In this document: piece after piece, positions 22,101-37,100 of the stretch | How the letters are laid out: every line of letters starts with the position of its first letter | Position numbering within the stretch: position 1 is the first letter of the stretch | Assembly (NCBI RefSeq): GCF_004010195.1 | Contig: NC_057719.1 | Location: 91,934,372-91,998,371, forward strand | Source of the DNA: Chiloscyllium plagiosum | Lineage: Eukaryota | Direction of reading: 5' to 3' | Length of the DNA: 64,000 nucleotides | The notes under the pieces: generated by a model | Database searches by the model: none | The model's input: only the letters and a program-made list of their open reading frames with translations | What the model was told of the DNA's origin: nothing | Made by a program: the position numbers and the translations under genes

Positions 22101-25100
22101 CCTATTCTAGATTCCCAAAGAGACCGCTGAAAAAAATGAAACATGAAAGAAAACACTCGTCACCTTACCAACCAACACACAGAACTTTCTTTTTGGTCAG
22201 AGGAGGATGGGTGGGAGACACTACCCGCATAGTGTTTCGGGTAAAGCAATTGCCCAAATATGTGACCTCATGACCTCAGTTGCCTCCAGCAACTGAACTT
22301 TGTGATTCCTTTTTTGAACTGCAGTGACGAAAAGCAAATTACTTTGAGGGTTTAAAATGCAAGGGTCACATCATCCCCAAAGTTCTGTTGTCGATCATAT
22401 GATGTACAGACACTTCTTACATGCAGAGTAGGAGGAGGCCAGTTATCTTCCAACTGGCTCTTTGGAAGTGGTTCCCTCATCCGCAACACTTTACCCGAAA
22501 ATGTTCCAGCTCTCTCTCTCTCTCTCAATGTTTATTCAACTGCCTTTCGAAAATTACTACTGAACCTGTTCCTGCCACTCTTTCAGATCACAGTAACTCC
22601 CTGCTTTTTAAAATGAAAACCACCTCCTCCAGTTCATTCACTATTAATAGGTACTGCACAGTCCTGCCAACACAGAAGCTCTGGGATGTGTTAGATAGAC
22701 AGACTCCTTTCTTTTGGCATTGTTGTCAGATTGACGTTTTGACTTGTGTGGTTTCCTGGGCTCAGATTTGTTATTGTTCAGCCAAGTGTACCGGGTCACA
22801 TGTTTTGGCTGATACCAGGCTGCAGGTTTTGGGGGGGGATGGTGGGGAAGATGGTCAGGGTCATGCTAGCACACTCAGTGGAGATGTTCTGTAAAGTGCA
22901 GGATCATAGCTCCTTGAAAGTAGAGTCGCAGGTGGATAGGATAATGAAGAAGGTGTTTGGTATGCTTTCATTTGTTGGTCAGAGTATTGAGTACAGGAGT
23001 TGGGAGGTCATGTTGTGGCTGTACAGGACATTGGTTAGGCCACTGTTGGAATATTGTGTGCAATTCTAATCTTCCTATCGGAAGGATGTTGTGAAACTTG
23101 AAAGGGTTCAGAAAAGATTTACAAGGATGTTACCAGGGTTGGAGGATTTGAGCTACAGGGAGAGGCTGAATAGATTAGATTAGATTCCCTAAAGTGTGGA
23201 AACAGCCCAACCAGTCCACACCGACCCTCCGAAGAGTAACCCGCCCAGACCCATTTCCCTCCGGCTAATGCACCTAACACTAAGGGGCAATTCAGCATGG
23301 CCGATTCACCTGACCTGCACATCTTTGGACTGTGGGAGGAAACCCACGCGGACACGGGGAGAATGTGCAAATTTCACCCAGACAGACGCCCAAGGCTGGA
23401 ATTGAACCAGGGATCCTGGTGCTGTGAAGCAGCAGTGCTAATCACTGAGCCACCATGCCACTAGGGCTGTTTTCCCTAGAGCATTAGAGGCTGAGGGGTG
23501 ACGTTATAGAGGTTTATAAAATCATGAGCGTGGATAGAGTCTTTTCCCTGGGGTGGGGGAGTCCAGAACTAGAGGGGCATAGGTTTAGGGTGAGAGGGGA
23601 AAGATATAAAAGGGACCTAATGGGCAACATTTTCACACAGAGGGTGGTACACGTGTGGAATGAGCTGCCTGAGGAAGTAGTGGAGGCTGGTACAACTGCA
23701 ACATTTAAAAGGCATCTGGATGGGTATATGAATAGGAAGGGTTTGGAGGGATATGGGCCGGGTGCTGGCAAATGGGACTAGATTGGGTTGGGATATCTGG
23801 TCGGCATGGACGGGTTGGGTTGAAGGGTCTGTTTCCGTGCTGTACATCTGTATGCGTCTAAGTGGCATCCTTAAACTTGCAGGACTTGGTGCTGGGCTGG
23901 GCATTCCACAACATCAGTCCGTAAACTCGGTCCTCCATTTTGATTTTGTTTCTCTTTGCCATGTTTATCATGTTTTAGTTTTCAAACCAAGCTATTCATC
24001 ATTCTGTCATTCCCACTTGCATTAGACACACACCTTTGTCTCTTCACTGATATCTTCCACCACTCCCTTCACATTTTAATTCAGGACATCTTTGTTAATT
24101 AAATTCTCTCTCCCTCCTGCCCTATTCCAGACTTTCCCTTTTGTTCTTCCTGTTCTTCATCCACCCAACTTTGATAGTATAAAATCCATCGTATTTTTAT
24201 CATCTCTTCTATTCCAAAGAAGGGTCATCATGACCTCAACGTTAACCCTGTTTCTCTCTCCATGGATGCTGCCAGACCTGCTGAGTGTCTCCAGTGCTTT
24301 CTGTTTTTAAGTTAGAATGTGGAACTTGTTATCCTAGTATGTCTGAGGTAAATAGCAGAGGGGATTCATTTCAGGGAAAGCTGGATAAACAGATGAGGGA
24401 AAAAGTATAATGTTTGCTAATAGGAAGTCAAGCCGGAGGAGATTAGGAGCAGAAGTAGACCATACAGCCATAGAGATATACAGCATGGAAACAGACCCTT
24501 CAATCCAACTTGTCCATTATGACCAGATATCCTAACCTAATCTAGTTCCATTTGCCAGTACTTGGCCCATATCCCTCCATTCCATTCCTGAAGAAGGGCA
24601 TGTGCCCGAAACGTCGAATCTTCTGTTCCCTAGATGCTGCCTGACCTGCTGTGCTGTTCCAGCAATAAAGTTTCAGCTTTGATCTCCAGCGTCTGCAGAC
24701 CTCACTTTCTCCTCCATATCCCTCCAAACCCTTGCTATTCATATACCCATCCAGATGCCTTTTAATATTGTAATTATACCAGCCTCCACCACTTCCTCTT
24801 GTCCATTATGACCAGATATCCTAACCTAATCTAGTTCCATTTGCTAGTACGTGGCCCATATCCCTCCAAACCCTTGCTATTCATATACCCATCCAGATGC
24901 CTTTTAATATTGTAATTATACCAGCCTCCACCACTTCCTCTGGCAGCACATTCCATACATGCGCCACCCTCTGCGTGAAAAAGTTGCCCCTTAGGTCTCT
25001 TTAATGTCTTTCCCCTCTCTCCTTAAACCTATGCCCTCTAGTTTTGGACTACCCTACCCTGGGGAAAAGTCCTTGCCTTTTGACCCTAAACATGCCTCCC

Positions 25101-28100
25101 ATAGTTTTATCAACCTCTGTAAGGTCTAACTGCATGCCAACCCCCCCCCCCCACCATGATGCTCCAGGGAAAATAGCTCCAGCCTATTCAGCCTCTCCCA
25201 GACCTCCAACCCTCAACATCCTCATAAATCTTTTCTGAATCTTTTTCAGATTTCACAACATCTTTCCGAAGAGAGGGAGACCAGAATTGCACACAATATT
25301 CCAAAAGTGACCTAACCAATGTCCTGTACAGCTGCAACATTGTGTTCATTGGAGTGTTGTGTTCAGTTTTGGTCACCTTGCTATCGGAAGGGTGTTATGA
25401 AACTGGAAAGAGTGCAGAAGAACATTACAAGGGTGTTGCCAAGACTCGAGGTCTGAGCTATAGGGAGAGGTTGGACAAGCTTTTTATTTCTTCTTTAGAG
25501 CATAGGAGACTGAGGGGTGATCTTATAGTTGTGTATAAGATCATGAGAGGCATGGATAGGGTGAATGCACTCAGTCTTTACCCCAGGGTTGGGGAATCAA
25601 GGACTAGAGGGCATCAGTTTAAGGTTAGAGGGGAAAGAATAAAAGGGAACCTGAGGGGCAAATTTTTTACACAGAGGGATGTACGCATATAGAATGAGCT
25701 GCCAGTGGAAGTGGTTGAGGCGGGTGCATTAACAACATTTAAAAGGCATTGGGACAAATACATGGATAGGAAAGGATTAGAAAGACATGGGCCAAGTGCA
25801 GGGAAATGGGGTAAATGTGAATGGACATTTTGGTCGGCATGGACCAGTTTGGGTCAAAGGGCCTGTCTCCATGCTGTAGGACTCTCTGACTCGATGAACA
25901 TGACCTCTCAACTCTGATACTCCATTCGGTCCGTCATGTCTGTTTTACCATTCAAAATGAATGTGGCTGATATGCCCTGAATTTTATATTTATCCCCAAT
26001 AGCCCTGAATTCCCCGGTCTATCTAACCTCTGCCTTTAAAAATATTTGATGACCTTGCATCCACTGCCTTCTGAGACAGAGAGACCCAGAGTCTCTCAGC
26101 CCCCTGAGGAAAAAACTTGTTTCATCTCACTCCTAAAAGGGTGAGCCCTAATTTTTAAATAATTAGATTAGATTACCTACAGTATGGAAACAGGCCCTTC
26201 GGCCCAACAAGTCCCCACCGACCCTCCGAAGAGCAACCCACCCAGACCTTTTCCCCTACATTTACCCCTGACTAATGCACCTAACACTACGGGCAACTTA
26301 GCATGGCTAATTCACCTGACCTGCACATTGTTGGACTGTGGGAGAAAACCAGAGCAAACCCACGCAGACACAGAGAGAACGTGCAAACTCCACACAGACA
26401 GTCACCTGAGGTGGGAATTGAACCCGGGTCCCTTCCAATGCAATTATGCCCTTCCTTAAATAAAGAGGCCAAAATTGTACAAAGAATTTGAGATGTGGTC
26501 TCAGCGATGCCCTGTATTATAACATAAGACCATAAGACATAGGAGCAGAAATTAGGCTGTTCAGCCCATCAAATCTGCTCCACCATTCAATCCTCGCCGA
26601 TAGGTCTTTCAATCCCATTTTCCCACTTCCTCCCCGTAACCTTTTGATCCCCTTGACAATCATGAACTTATCTATCTCCGTTTCAACTACACTCAATGAC
26701 CTGGCTTCCCCAGCCTTCTGAGGCAATGAATTCCACAGATTCCTCTAGCTGATGGAATTTTTACTTCCTTATTTTTATATTCAGTTCTTCTTATAATAGA
26801 GGATAGCATTCCACTGGCCACCTTGATCACTTCCTGTACCTAAAAACTAACTTGGGACGACATCAGCACGCACATAAGCCCTGGCATAGACCTGTGTGTG
26901 ACTGTACCTGTTGGGGAGAGGAGAAGGTGAAAATGAAATGTTGTTTTTCTTTCTCCCCCCCCCTCCCCCCCCCCCACACAACTCTGTGCAGACTGGAGAG
27001 AGTGACTCGCAAGAAGAAAGGCAGAGTGTGGTAGCTGGCCACCCAAAGGTCCTTGCGGGGTCTGCATGTTCCCGAAGTCAGGTCGATGACAGCTGTCTGC
27101 AGCCACTGGTAATACCAGTATCCGTGCCAGTCCGAAAGCTGGACCCTGTTTCAACCAGCACCGACAAGAAAGAGGATGGGGAGTCCCCGAGGAACTCTGC
27201 AAACGAGCGGGATCTGTCCGAGCTCAATCCATCTCTATTACCCACCCGCAGACGGAGACTGAGTAAAGGGTCCGGAACAGAACACTTGGCCCAGGTAACA
27301 CGCTGTTCTAACATTGTGTACTTTTATATATGTAATCTGTTTGATCTGGGAAACCTGCAGAGTCTTAGAGTGGTTATGGCTTACGGGTTCATGACAGCTC
27401 CCTGTAGGGTCAATCCAATCAGTCCCGTCCCTCCTGCTCAATCCCTGTCACTCACTGTCTCAACTGCTCACTTGATTTCCTTTAAAAGTCAGGGGTTGTC
27501 CCCACTTACATAAGCAGTGAGTTTTAGTTTATTAGTATTTGCCATATTCTCTATCTTTTGCCCAAAGCTTTATAAGTCTTTGTCCCCTTCTTCTATTACC
27601 GTCAAGTCCAAACGTTGCTTTCCTTTGCCTCAGCCAGTCCCGATCTCCTGCACTTCAGCCGATTCTCCCCTCAATCTCCTTTTGTTTCAAGGAGAACAAA
27701 CTCCGCTTCTCCGATCCAGTCCAGTGGTGAAATCCCCGTTCCTGGATCCATCCTGGTAACTCTCCTCCTCTGCGGCTTGTCAGGATCCCATACCATTTCT
27801 CTACGATGGGGTGATGCGAACTGGACATATTGCTCTAGCTGTGAGCTAGCCAGAGCTTTATAAACCTCCCTCCCTTTATACTCGCTTTGCGAAGCCCCGA
27901 GGTCTCGTACACTGTGCGAACCACTATCTCCGTGTGGCCCTTGAAGATCAGTGGATGTGCAGCCCCCAGGCTCCTTGTCTCTTCATATTCTTTCGAACTG
28001 TGTTGTTAAGTTTATATTGCCCTCGCGCTGTCTGTTCTGCCGAAATACACTTTGTCCGTTCTCCAGATAAAATTCTATCTGCCCCTCTCCAGCTTGTTCT

Positions 28101-31100
28101 TAGCCTGCCTTTTGTTAGTCCATGTCCTATTGCAGTTGATAGGTATCACCCTCGCTGTTAGCTAGACGTCCACCAGCGATTATCCAGGTGACTTTTGGCA
28201 TAGAGGATGTTAGAATGGGTGAAGAGATGTGTGTGAGTGTGTGTTTAAGTAAAAAGAGGAGAGTAAGGTGGAGCAGGTTAGTGAGGGATTTCCAAAGGTT
28301 AGCAATTGAATGTGTCTCTCCCAATAGCAGAGTGATTTAAATTAGGGACGCGCTGATGACTAAGGGCGAGAGCTGCCTTATGGATGTGGGGAACATAAGT
28401 GGAGCGACTTGAATATGAGGTGAAAGACCCCAGTGCTGAGGCTTTGTTAGAATGGGAGCCAGTGTAGATCAGCGAGGATAAAGGCTGATGGGAACAGGTC
28501 ATGGTGCAGGTTAAGGGATAGGCAGCAAAATTCTGGATGACCTCCAGTTTAGGAAAGGTGCAAGATAAGGAGGCCAGCTGGAGGAGCATAGGAACAGTTG
28601 ATCTTAAAGGCAACAAAGGCGTGGATGATGGTCTCAGCAGTAGATGGACTGAACCAGGGGCAGACTCGGGTGATTTAGGGAGGTGAACAAATGTTTGAAG
28701 ATTCACTTGGGCAAACCTCTTCCTGTAAGTTTTTGATCTGACACGCATACATTAACTCAGAGCAGGAGTAGGCCACTCAGCCCTTTAAGACTGCTCTGTT
28801 ATTCAGTAAGATTATGGCTGGTCTTATAGAGTCCTAGAGTCACCGAGATTTACAGCTCGGAAACAGACCCTTCGGCCCAACCCGTCCATGCCGACCAGAT
28901 ATCCCAACCCAATCGAGTCCCACCTGCCAGCACCCGGCCCATATCCCTCCAAACCCTTCCTATTCATATACCCATCCAAATGCCTCTTAAATGTTGTAAC
29001 TGTACCAGCCTCCACCACTTCCTCTGGCAGCTCATTCCATACACGTACCACCCTCTGTGTGAAAAAGTTGCCCCTTAGGTCTCTTTTATATATTTCCCCT
29101 CTCACCGTAAACCTATGCCCTCTAGTTCTGGACGCCCAGATTCCAGGGAAAAGACTTTGTCTATTTATCCTATCCATGCCCCTCATAATTTTATAAACCT
29201 CTATAAGGTCACCCCTCAGTCTCCAACACTCAAGGGAAAACAGCCCCAACCTGTTCAGCCTCTCCCTGTAGCTCAAATCCTCCAACCCTGGCAACATCCT
29301 TGTAAATCTTTTCTGAACCCTTTCGGAAAGATGTTGAGAAACTTGATAGGAAGGAGACCAAAGTTGAAACTTTATTGCTGGAACAGCACAGCAGGTCAGG
29401 CAGCATCCAGGGAACAGGAGATTCGACGTTTCGGGCACAGGCCCTTCTTCAGGAATGAGCAGAGAGTGTTCAGCAGGAGAAGATAAAAGGTAGGGAGGAG
29501 GGACTTGGAGGAGGGGAGTTGGAAATGTGATAGGTGGAAAGAGGTCAAGGTGAGGGTGATAGGTCGGAGTAGGGTGGAGGCGGAGAGGTCAAGAAGAAGA
29601 CTGCAGGTCAGGAAGGCGGTGCCGGGCTGGAAGGAGCCGGCTGAGACAAGGTGGGGGGAGGGGGGATGAAGAAACTGGTGAAGTCCAAGTTCATCCCCTG
29701 CGGTTGGAGGGTCCAGAATTGCATGCAATATTCCAACAGTGGCCTAACCAATGTCCTGTACAGCCGCAACATGTTCTGAATCCTACGCTCCCAGTAACCT
29801 TTTGATTCTTGTCAGGCAAGGCAATCTATCAAACTCTGGCATGAAAATGATCAATTACTCCACTTCCTGTGTTACGGGGTTCCAAAGTTGCACAGCCCTC
29901 TGAGTGAACAAAAATCCCTCATCTCTGCGCTGAAAGGGCAAGTCCTAATTTTAAAACCTTGTCCCTTAGTTTTGAGCTGACCCACATTGTTTCCACATCC
30001 ACCTTGTTGAAACTATTCGGGATCTTATCGATGTCAGTTAGATCACCCCTCATTCTTCTAAACTCCACGGGAAAGAAGCCCAGTCTGTCCAACCTTTCCT
30101 GATGAGACAAACCACTCAGTCCTCGTATGAGTTTAATAAACTTCCTTTGAATCATCTCCAAAACATTTACATTCTTTCCTAAATAAGAGATTAAAAACTG
30201 CACACAGTATTCAAGATGTGGTCGCGCCAAGATTTGTACAACAGAAGCATAACCTCTTTGTGTATATATATTCAATTACTCACCATCCTGACTTGGAAAT
30301 ATACTGCTCCATCCCTCAGGGCATTATGGGTATATCTACAGCACATGGACTGCAGCAGTTCAAGAAGGCAGCTCGCTCCCACCCTCTCAAGACCAACAAG
30401 GAATGGGCAATAAATTCTAACCCAGTCAGTGATGCCCATAAACCCACAAATAAATCTCAAAAGCTATAGCAATGCATTGGCCTTGTTAACCACTTGTGTA
30501 CCTGCATTCCAACATTTTGTGGCTCATGCTATCTCTCTAGATTATTTTGTGTTCTGAATTCTACAATTACTGTCTGCTTCAGTTCTACTCTCTTTTATTC
30601 TTACGAAGAACAAAGAAAATTTACAGCCCAGGAACAGGCCCTTCGGCCCTCCAAGCCTGAGCCGATCCAAATGTACTGTCTAAACCTGTCGGTCAATTCC
30701 TAAGCATTTGTAACCCTCTGCTCCCCACTTACTCATGCATTTATCCAGATGCATCTTAAATTAATCTACCATGCATGCCTCTACCACCTCTGCTGGCAAC
30801 ACGTTCCAAACGCCCACCACTCTGTGTGAAGTACTTGTCATGTGTATGCCCCTTAAACTTTCCACCTCTCACCTTGAAAGCGTGACCTCTCATTATTGAG
30901 TCCTTCACCCTGGGAAAAAGCTTATCTCTATCTACCCTATCTATACCCTTCATGATTTTATAAACATCAATCAGGTCCCCTCTCAATCTCCTTTTTTCTA
31001 ATGAAAATAAACCTAACCTACTCAACCTCTCTTCATAGCTAGCGCCTTCCATACCAGGCAACGTCCTCGTAAACCTTCTCTGCACCCTCCCCAAAGCGTC

Positions 31101-34100
31101 CACATCCTTTTGGTAATGTGACAACCAGAACTGTACACCGTATTCTAAATGTGGCCGAACCAATGTCTTGTACAATTTTAACATGACTTGCCAGCTCTTA
31201 TACTCAATACCCCGTCCAATGAAGGCAAGCGTACTATATGCCTTCTTGACCACTCTATCACCTGTGAAGCAACCTTCAGGATACAATGGTCCTGCACTCC
31301 CAGATCTCTTTGCCCATCAACTTTTCCCAAGGCTCTTCCATTCATTGTATAACTCACTCTAGAATTAGACTTGCCTAAATCCATCACCTCACATTTGTCT
31401 GGATTGAACTCCATCTGCCACTTTTCTGCCCAACTCTCCAGTCTATCTATATCCTGCTGTATTCTTTGACAGTTCCGTATGCTTTTTGCTACCCCACCAA
31501 TCTTCGTGTCATCTGCAAACTTGCTGATCATACCAACAGTGCCCTCTTCCAGATCATTTATGTTCCTGCCAAAGTGAACAACTTTATATTTTCCCACATT
31601 ATACACCATCTGCCTGATTTTAGTCCACTCACTTTATCCATCTGCAACTTTATTATGTCAAAATCAAAGTACTGGAGATCTGAAACAAACATCAATATGA
31701 AGTCATTTAGGTCGGAGTAACAGTAAAAGGATTATTACTTGATTGGTAAAAGGTTGCAGCATGCTGCTATGCAGAGGGATCTGGGTGTCCTTGTGAATCA
31801 CAGAAGGTTGGTGTGCAGGTACAACAAGTACTTAGGAAGGCAAATGGAATTTTGTCCTTCATTGCGAAAGGGATTGAGTTTAAGCGCAGGGAGGTTATGT
31901 TACAGCTGTACAAGGTGCTGGTGAGGCCACACCTGGAGTGCAGTTTTGGTCTCCTTACTTGAGAAAGGATGTACTGGCACTGGAGGGGGTGCAGAGGAGG
32001 TTCACTAGATTGATTCCAGAGTTGAGGGGATTGACGTATGAGGAGAGACTGAATAGATTGGGATTATATTCATTGGAATTCAGAAGATTGGGGGGGGATC
32101 TTACAGAAACATATAAAATTATGAAGGGAATAGGTAAGATAGACGTAGAGAGGACGCTTACACTGGCAGGTGAGACTAGGACAAGAGGGCATAGCCTCAA
32201 GATTAGAGGGAGCAAAGTTCGGACTGAACTGAGAAGTAACTGCTTCACCCAGAGGGTTGTTAATCTGTGGAATTCCTTGCCTTGGGAAGGAGTTGATGCT
32301 ATTTCAGTAATCGCTTTTAAAGCTAAGATAGATACGTTTTCGAAAAATAAAGGAATAAGGTGGGAGGGTGGGTAAGTGGAGCTGAGTCCATGTAAAGATC
32401 AGCCACGATCTTACTGGGTGGTGGAGCAGGCTCGAAGGGCTGGACGGCCTGCTCCTGCTCCTACCTCTTATAGAGAATGCTGGAAAAACTCAGCAGGTCT
32501 GGCAGAATCTGTGGAGAGAGAAACAGAGTTAAGGTTTTGAGTCTGATATGAGTTCTTCGGACTAGTTGTGTTTCCCCCAACGTTTTCTGCTTTTACTTCT
32601 TGATTATGTCAGCTTCACAATGTACTTTCCTACCTTTTTGTGTCGATTGCAAATTTACCCACTGTGTCTTTATTCCCCTCATTGAAGCCATCACCTTAAA
32701 CTTTTTAATGGTTCGATTGATGTCACTCAAGTGTTTCCGTTTTTGGATGAACTGTTTGAAGAGTCAGGTCGCCTCTTCAGAAAATACTGGTGCACTGACC
32801 TTGTACAATTTGGTCAACAAAAGGGGAACAAGTAAATACTCACTGAAATGGAGTGAGAATGGCCCACTCAAATTATCATCCTTGTGTTTTTTCAGCAGTT
32901 CATGTGGTTATCACTGGGAAAGAGGAGGGTTGTTGCCCGTCCCCAGATGGTGATGGTAGGACACTTCCTTGAACTGGGACATGAGCTGGTTTACGAGACC
33001 ATCTCAGAGGGCGGGGACTTTGTCTCTATAATGCAGCAATGGTGTCTATTTGCAGTGGCAAGATATTCAATTTATATCTTAATTGAGTAAACAACAATCA
33101 ATCGTTGAGTGTTATTTATAAATTAATAAATGAACCTGATTCATTAAATAATTACAGTTACAGAGCAAGTGATGTGTTGTGGCTGTAACATGTGGGAGCT
33201 AGTGGACACCAATGTGAGTTAAGGCAACCACTGTGAGCATCTGTAACTCAAGGAAGATGGATGTGATGGAATACTTGCCTGAATGAGTGAAGCTCCAACA
33301 ACAATCATCCAGGACAAAGGAACCTATTGATTGGCACCCAGTGTAACACCTTAACATTCACTCCCTCCGCCATCAATGCATAGCAGTAGCAGAGTGTACC
33401 AGACGGCACTAACTCACCAAACTCCTTCAACGGCATTGTTGAAATCTTCAACCTCCAACACTACATGAGCAGCAGATGCATAGCACCGTCATCGCCTGCA
33501 AGTTCCTCTCTGAGCCACGCACCATCCTGACCTGCAATTCTATCGTTGTTCCTTCAATGCCATTGGGTCAAAATCCTGGAGCTCCCTCTTTAACAGCATT
33601 ACACTGTCAGAGCTGGAGTGGTTTAAGAAGGCAGCTGACCACCACTTTCTCTGTGCCATTTTTGATGGACGTAAATGTCAGCCCAAATGGTGACACCCAT
33701 ATCCTGAAAACACATTGTTTTTAAAAAAGTAACGCTTCTATTCAAGAAAGGAGGAGACAAAAAAGCAGGGACTTCTTGGCCAGTTAGCTTAGTATCTGTC
33801 ATTGGGAATATACTAGAATCCATTATTGAGGGGACAGCATCAATTCATTCAGATAGCTCTAATATAGTGAGGCGGTGTCAGCACAGTTTTGTGAAAACAA
33901 AATTATGTTTGTTAATTGTTTTAGAATTCTTTTAAAGATGTAACAAGCTGCATGGATACAGGGAAACTTGTAGATGTTGAGTATTTGAATTTCGAAAAGA
34001 CCCTTGGTAGGGTGTCATGTTAAGTTACTGCACAAGACAACAGCTGTTGGTATTGGAGGTGATATGTTTAGCATTGAGAGGGGATTGGCTAACTAACAGG

Positions 34101-37100
34101 AAATGGAGGATTAGGATAAATAGATCATTTTCTAATTGACAAGCTGTAACTAGTGCAAACAGAACTGAAGCGTAAAAGACCCTATAGAGACAACAAGCAA
34201 AACGAATGTTATTCACAAAATACTTTGCAAGCACTGTAACAAACACTACATTGGACAAACAGCAGAAAACTAGCCACCAAGATAAATGAACACCAACTAG
34301 CCACAAAAAGATATGACCCACTCTCACTAGTGGGCAGAAGTGGGTTCTGCAAATGCCGGAGATTAGAGACAAGATTAGAGTGGCGCTGGAAAAGCGCAGC
34401 AAGTCAGGCAGCATCCGAGGAGCAGGAAAATCGACGTTTCCGACAAAAGCCCTTCATCAGGATTCCTGATGAAGGGCTTTTTCCCGAAACATCGTTATTC
34501 CTGCTCCACTATCACTACTATCCTTACAGACAGATGAGGAAGGACACCACTTCGACTGGGACAACGCCCCCATCCTAGGACAAGCCAAACAGGGACGAGA
34601 ATTCCTAGAAGCATGGCATTCCAACCAGAACTCCTTCAATAAACACATCGACTTGGATCCCGTTTACCACCCTCTGAGAAAAAGAACCAGAAATGACACC
34701 ACCACAGGAAATGACATCACCAACCTAAGGAAGCCTAAACACAAATTGAGAGTGGGTCAGTAACACTGGCGCATCGCTGGATGATGCCACCTAGTGTGGT
34801 GACAAAACGTCTGTAAACGAACCTTCCAGCTCAGAGGGCAAACTTACAGCCAGAATCGCAACCTGAGCCAAGAAATCTTCTCAAAACCTGCTGGAGCCTA
34901 AACAATTTACAGCATGTATTTACTTGGATGAAGGTTCCTACTGTATTGTCTCCACAGTCTTTGTTAATTCAGAGAGAGGCAGGAAGTTAGAAAATAGTAT
35001 GGATGCATTTAAGAAGAAACTAGACGAGCAAAAGAGGGAAAAGGAATACCGGATTATTGTGGGAGATTTAACTGAGAAAAGAAAGGAGGAAGGTCCCGTG
35101 GAACTGAAACACTGGCCTTGGCTGGTTATGTCAAATGGGCTGCTTCTGGGCTGTAATTCTATGTCAATATTTAAAGTACAAATCATAATCTGATGCAAGA
35201 TGGCTTATCTGAAATATTCCTATGTAAGTCACATTTGTTCCCTCACATCCTTTGTTCTCATGAGATCAGCTTATGGTGGCAGCAGGTTTTTAGGAAAGGA
35301 ACTTCTCTTGTGGAATGGCAAGCTCTTTACCCCAGTATTCACAGCGGCAGAGAAAGTGCCCATCTCTGGGAATGAAGACGTGCTGGTCTCCTTGACTCAG
35401 TGGTTTCTCTGTTGCTGCGGATGCTGGGTAAAGACCTCTCCATTTCCCTGAGAACCTGTCACGATATTTGGGATCACTCTGAAGGTAAGGATAGCTGGTG
35501 CTGGCAGTCCCGAGGGGTTTGAGAATTTACAGGTTCCACCGTACGGTTTGTCGGATCTGAACGAAATGTGATGCCTGTCTTTGCAGGAGAACGCGAGCTC
35601 CAGAGGCCACGTGAACCTGACCGCAAAACTGAAGCGGCGGCCAAGACCAGAACCTCTATTCATTCCACCCAAACCCCTCAACCATGTCTCTGTCATCACA
35701 TACCCACCTGGCACCCTCTATCAGAGCAACCTGCGCTCGCCCGTCAGACTGCTTGACCATCCCATGGACAAGAACTTCCAACCTCCGCCCTACACCCCCC
35801 CACCTATCCTCAGTCCCATGCGGGAGGGCTCGGGACTCTACTTCAATGCCTTCCTGTCGTCTTCAAGTGCCTCGTCTCAGCCGGTCACGCCAAGGTCAAC
35901 GCCGAAAGCCTGCTTAAGCCAATCAAGTGAGTTCTTTGTCCACTGACTCTGCAGTACCGTACTGCGGGGAAATGCTCAGCATGTTGGACCTTCCATTTCA
36001 GAAACAGTGGTACCTACCTGTCACTGAGCACTGAGATTTCAGGAATGCATCATGTGGCAGTATGGGCGTTTCCTATCAAACACCATACCTAGCAGGGAGG
36101 TTATTATTTTAGATTTGTGTCCATCTGAAACTAAATTATGTGTAGGGAGAGATTTGGATTACAAAAAAAAAGAATTTGCAAAGTATGTCTCTCTCTCTCC
36201 CCTTCTCTTATTCCTCCTTCTTCCTTACCATCTCTTATCCCATTGATTTCTTCTCTGTTTGTCTCTGTCTGTCTCTGTCTCTCGTTCTCTCTCTCTCTCT
36301 CTCTCCTTTTTATTCCTTCCCATCTCTTACCCTGTTGCTTTCTGCTCTCTCACTCACTCCTTCATTCCCCCCCACCCACACAAAAAAAACTCTTGCTCTA
36401 TTCTCCCCACCCTCCAATAGTTCCAATAGTGTGGAAACAGGCCATTGGCCCAACAAGTCCACACTGACCCTCCAAAGAATATCCATTCACACCCATCCCC
36501 CTACCCTATTACTCTACATTTACCCCTGACTAATGCACCTAATCTGTAGATCCCTGAACACTCTGGGCAATTTAGCCTGATCAATTCACCTAACCTGCAC
36601 ATCTTTGGACTGTGGAAGGAAACCGGAGCACCCGGAGGAAACCCACGCAGAGAATGTGCAAACTCCACACAGTCACTCGAGGCAGGATTTGAACCCAGGT
36701 CCCTGGTGCTGTGAGGCAGCAGTGCTAAACACTGAGCCATCATGCCGTCCTTAATGTTCACTTAAAGTGTATATGAAGTAGTTACATATTCCAAGGAGCA
36801 TTGTCAAACTAAATTGTACACTGAGCCACTTCCTTAGGAAGGATGGACAGAAATTTGGTCAAAGTGATAGTTTTGGCACAGATTCTTCAAGCATCTGGGA
36901 GAAGTTGAGAGGTTGCCAGATGGAAATCCAGAATTTCAGATCTCAGTACAGGAGTGAAGGAGATTGAAAAGTAGTGGAAAAGACCAGAATTGAAGGACTG
37001 CAGAAACCTCAAAGTCTTGTGACCACGTTTTAATTTATGTTCTTCGTGAAGCATATTGGCATATTTTGTTCTTGTTATTTGCAGTATATAAATGCAAGGC

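Larger units (their letters stand above)
16865..22260 (-). mobile_element. Long decayed CR1-clade LINE (ORF1 + APE + RT + 3' tail) interrupted by two Penelope-like insertions
   Basis: ORF1 zinc-finger/zipper (VECSSCRMW...[16 protein letters not shown]) and esterase-type HIGTND; APE ([22 protein letters not shown]); RT ([34 protein letters not shown]). Many stops and frameshifts. Confidence 0.88.
24470..25925. mobile_element. Minus-strand CR1 3' fragment (internal tandem duplication) with nested plus-strand CR1 3' fragment (about 25341-25896)
   Basis: CR1 C-terminal translations on both strands; aacat repeated at both junctions. Confidence 0.8.
28828..29775 (-). mobile_element. Young CR1 LINE 3' fragment
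   Basis: Uninterrupted [32 protein letters not shown]...[10 protein letters not shown]. Confidence 0.88.
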
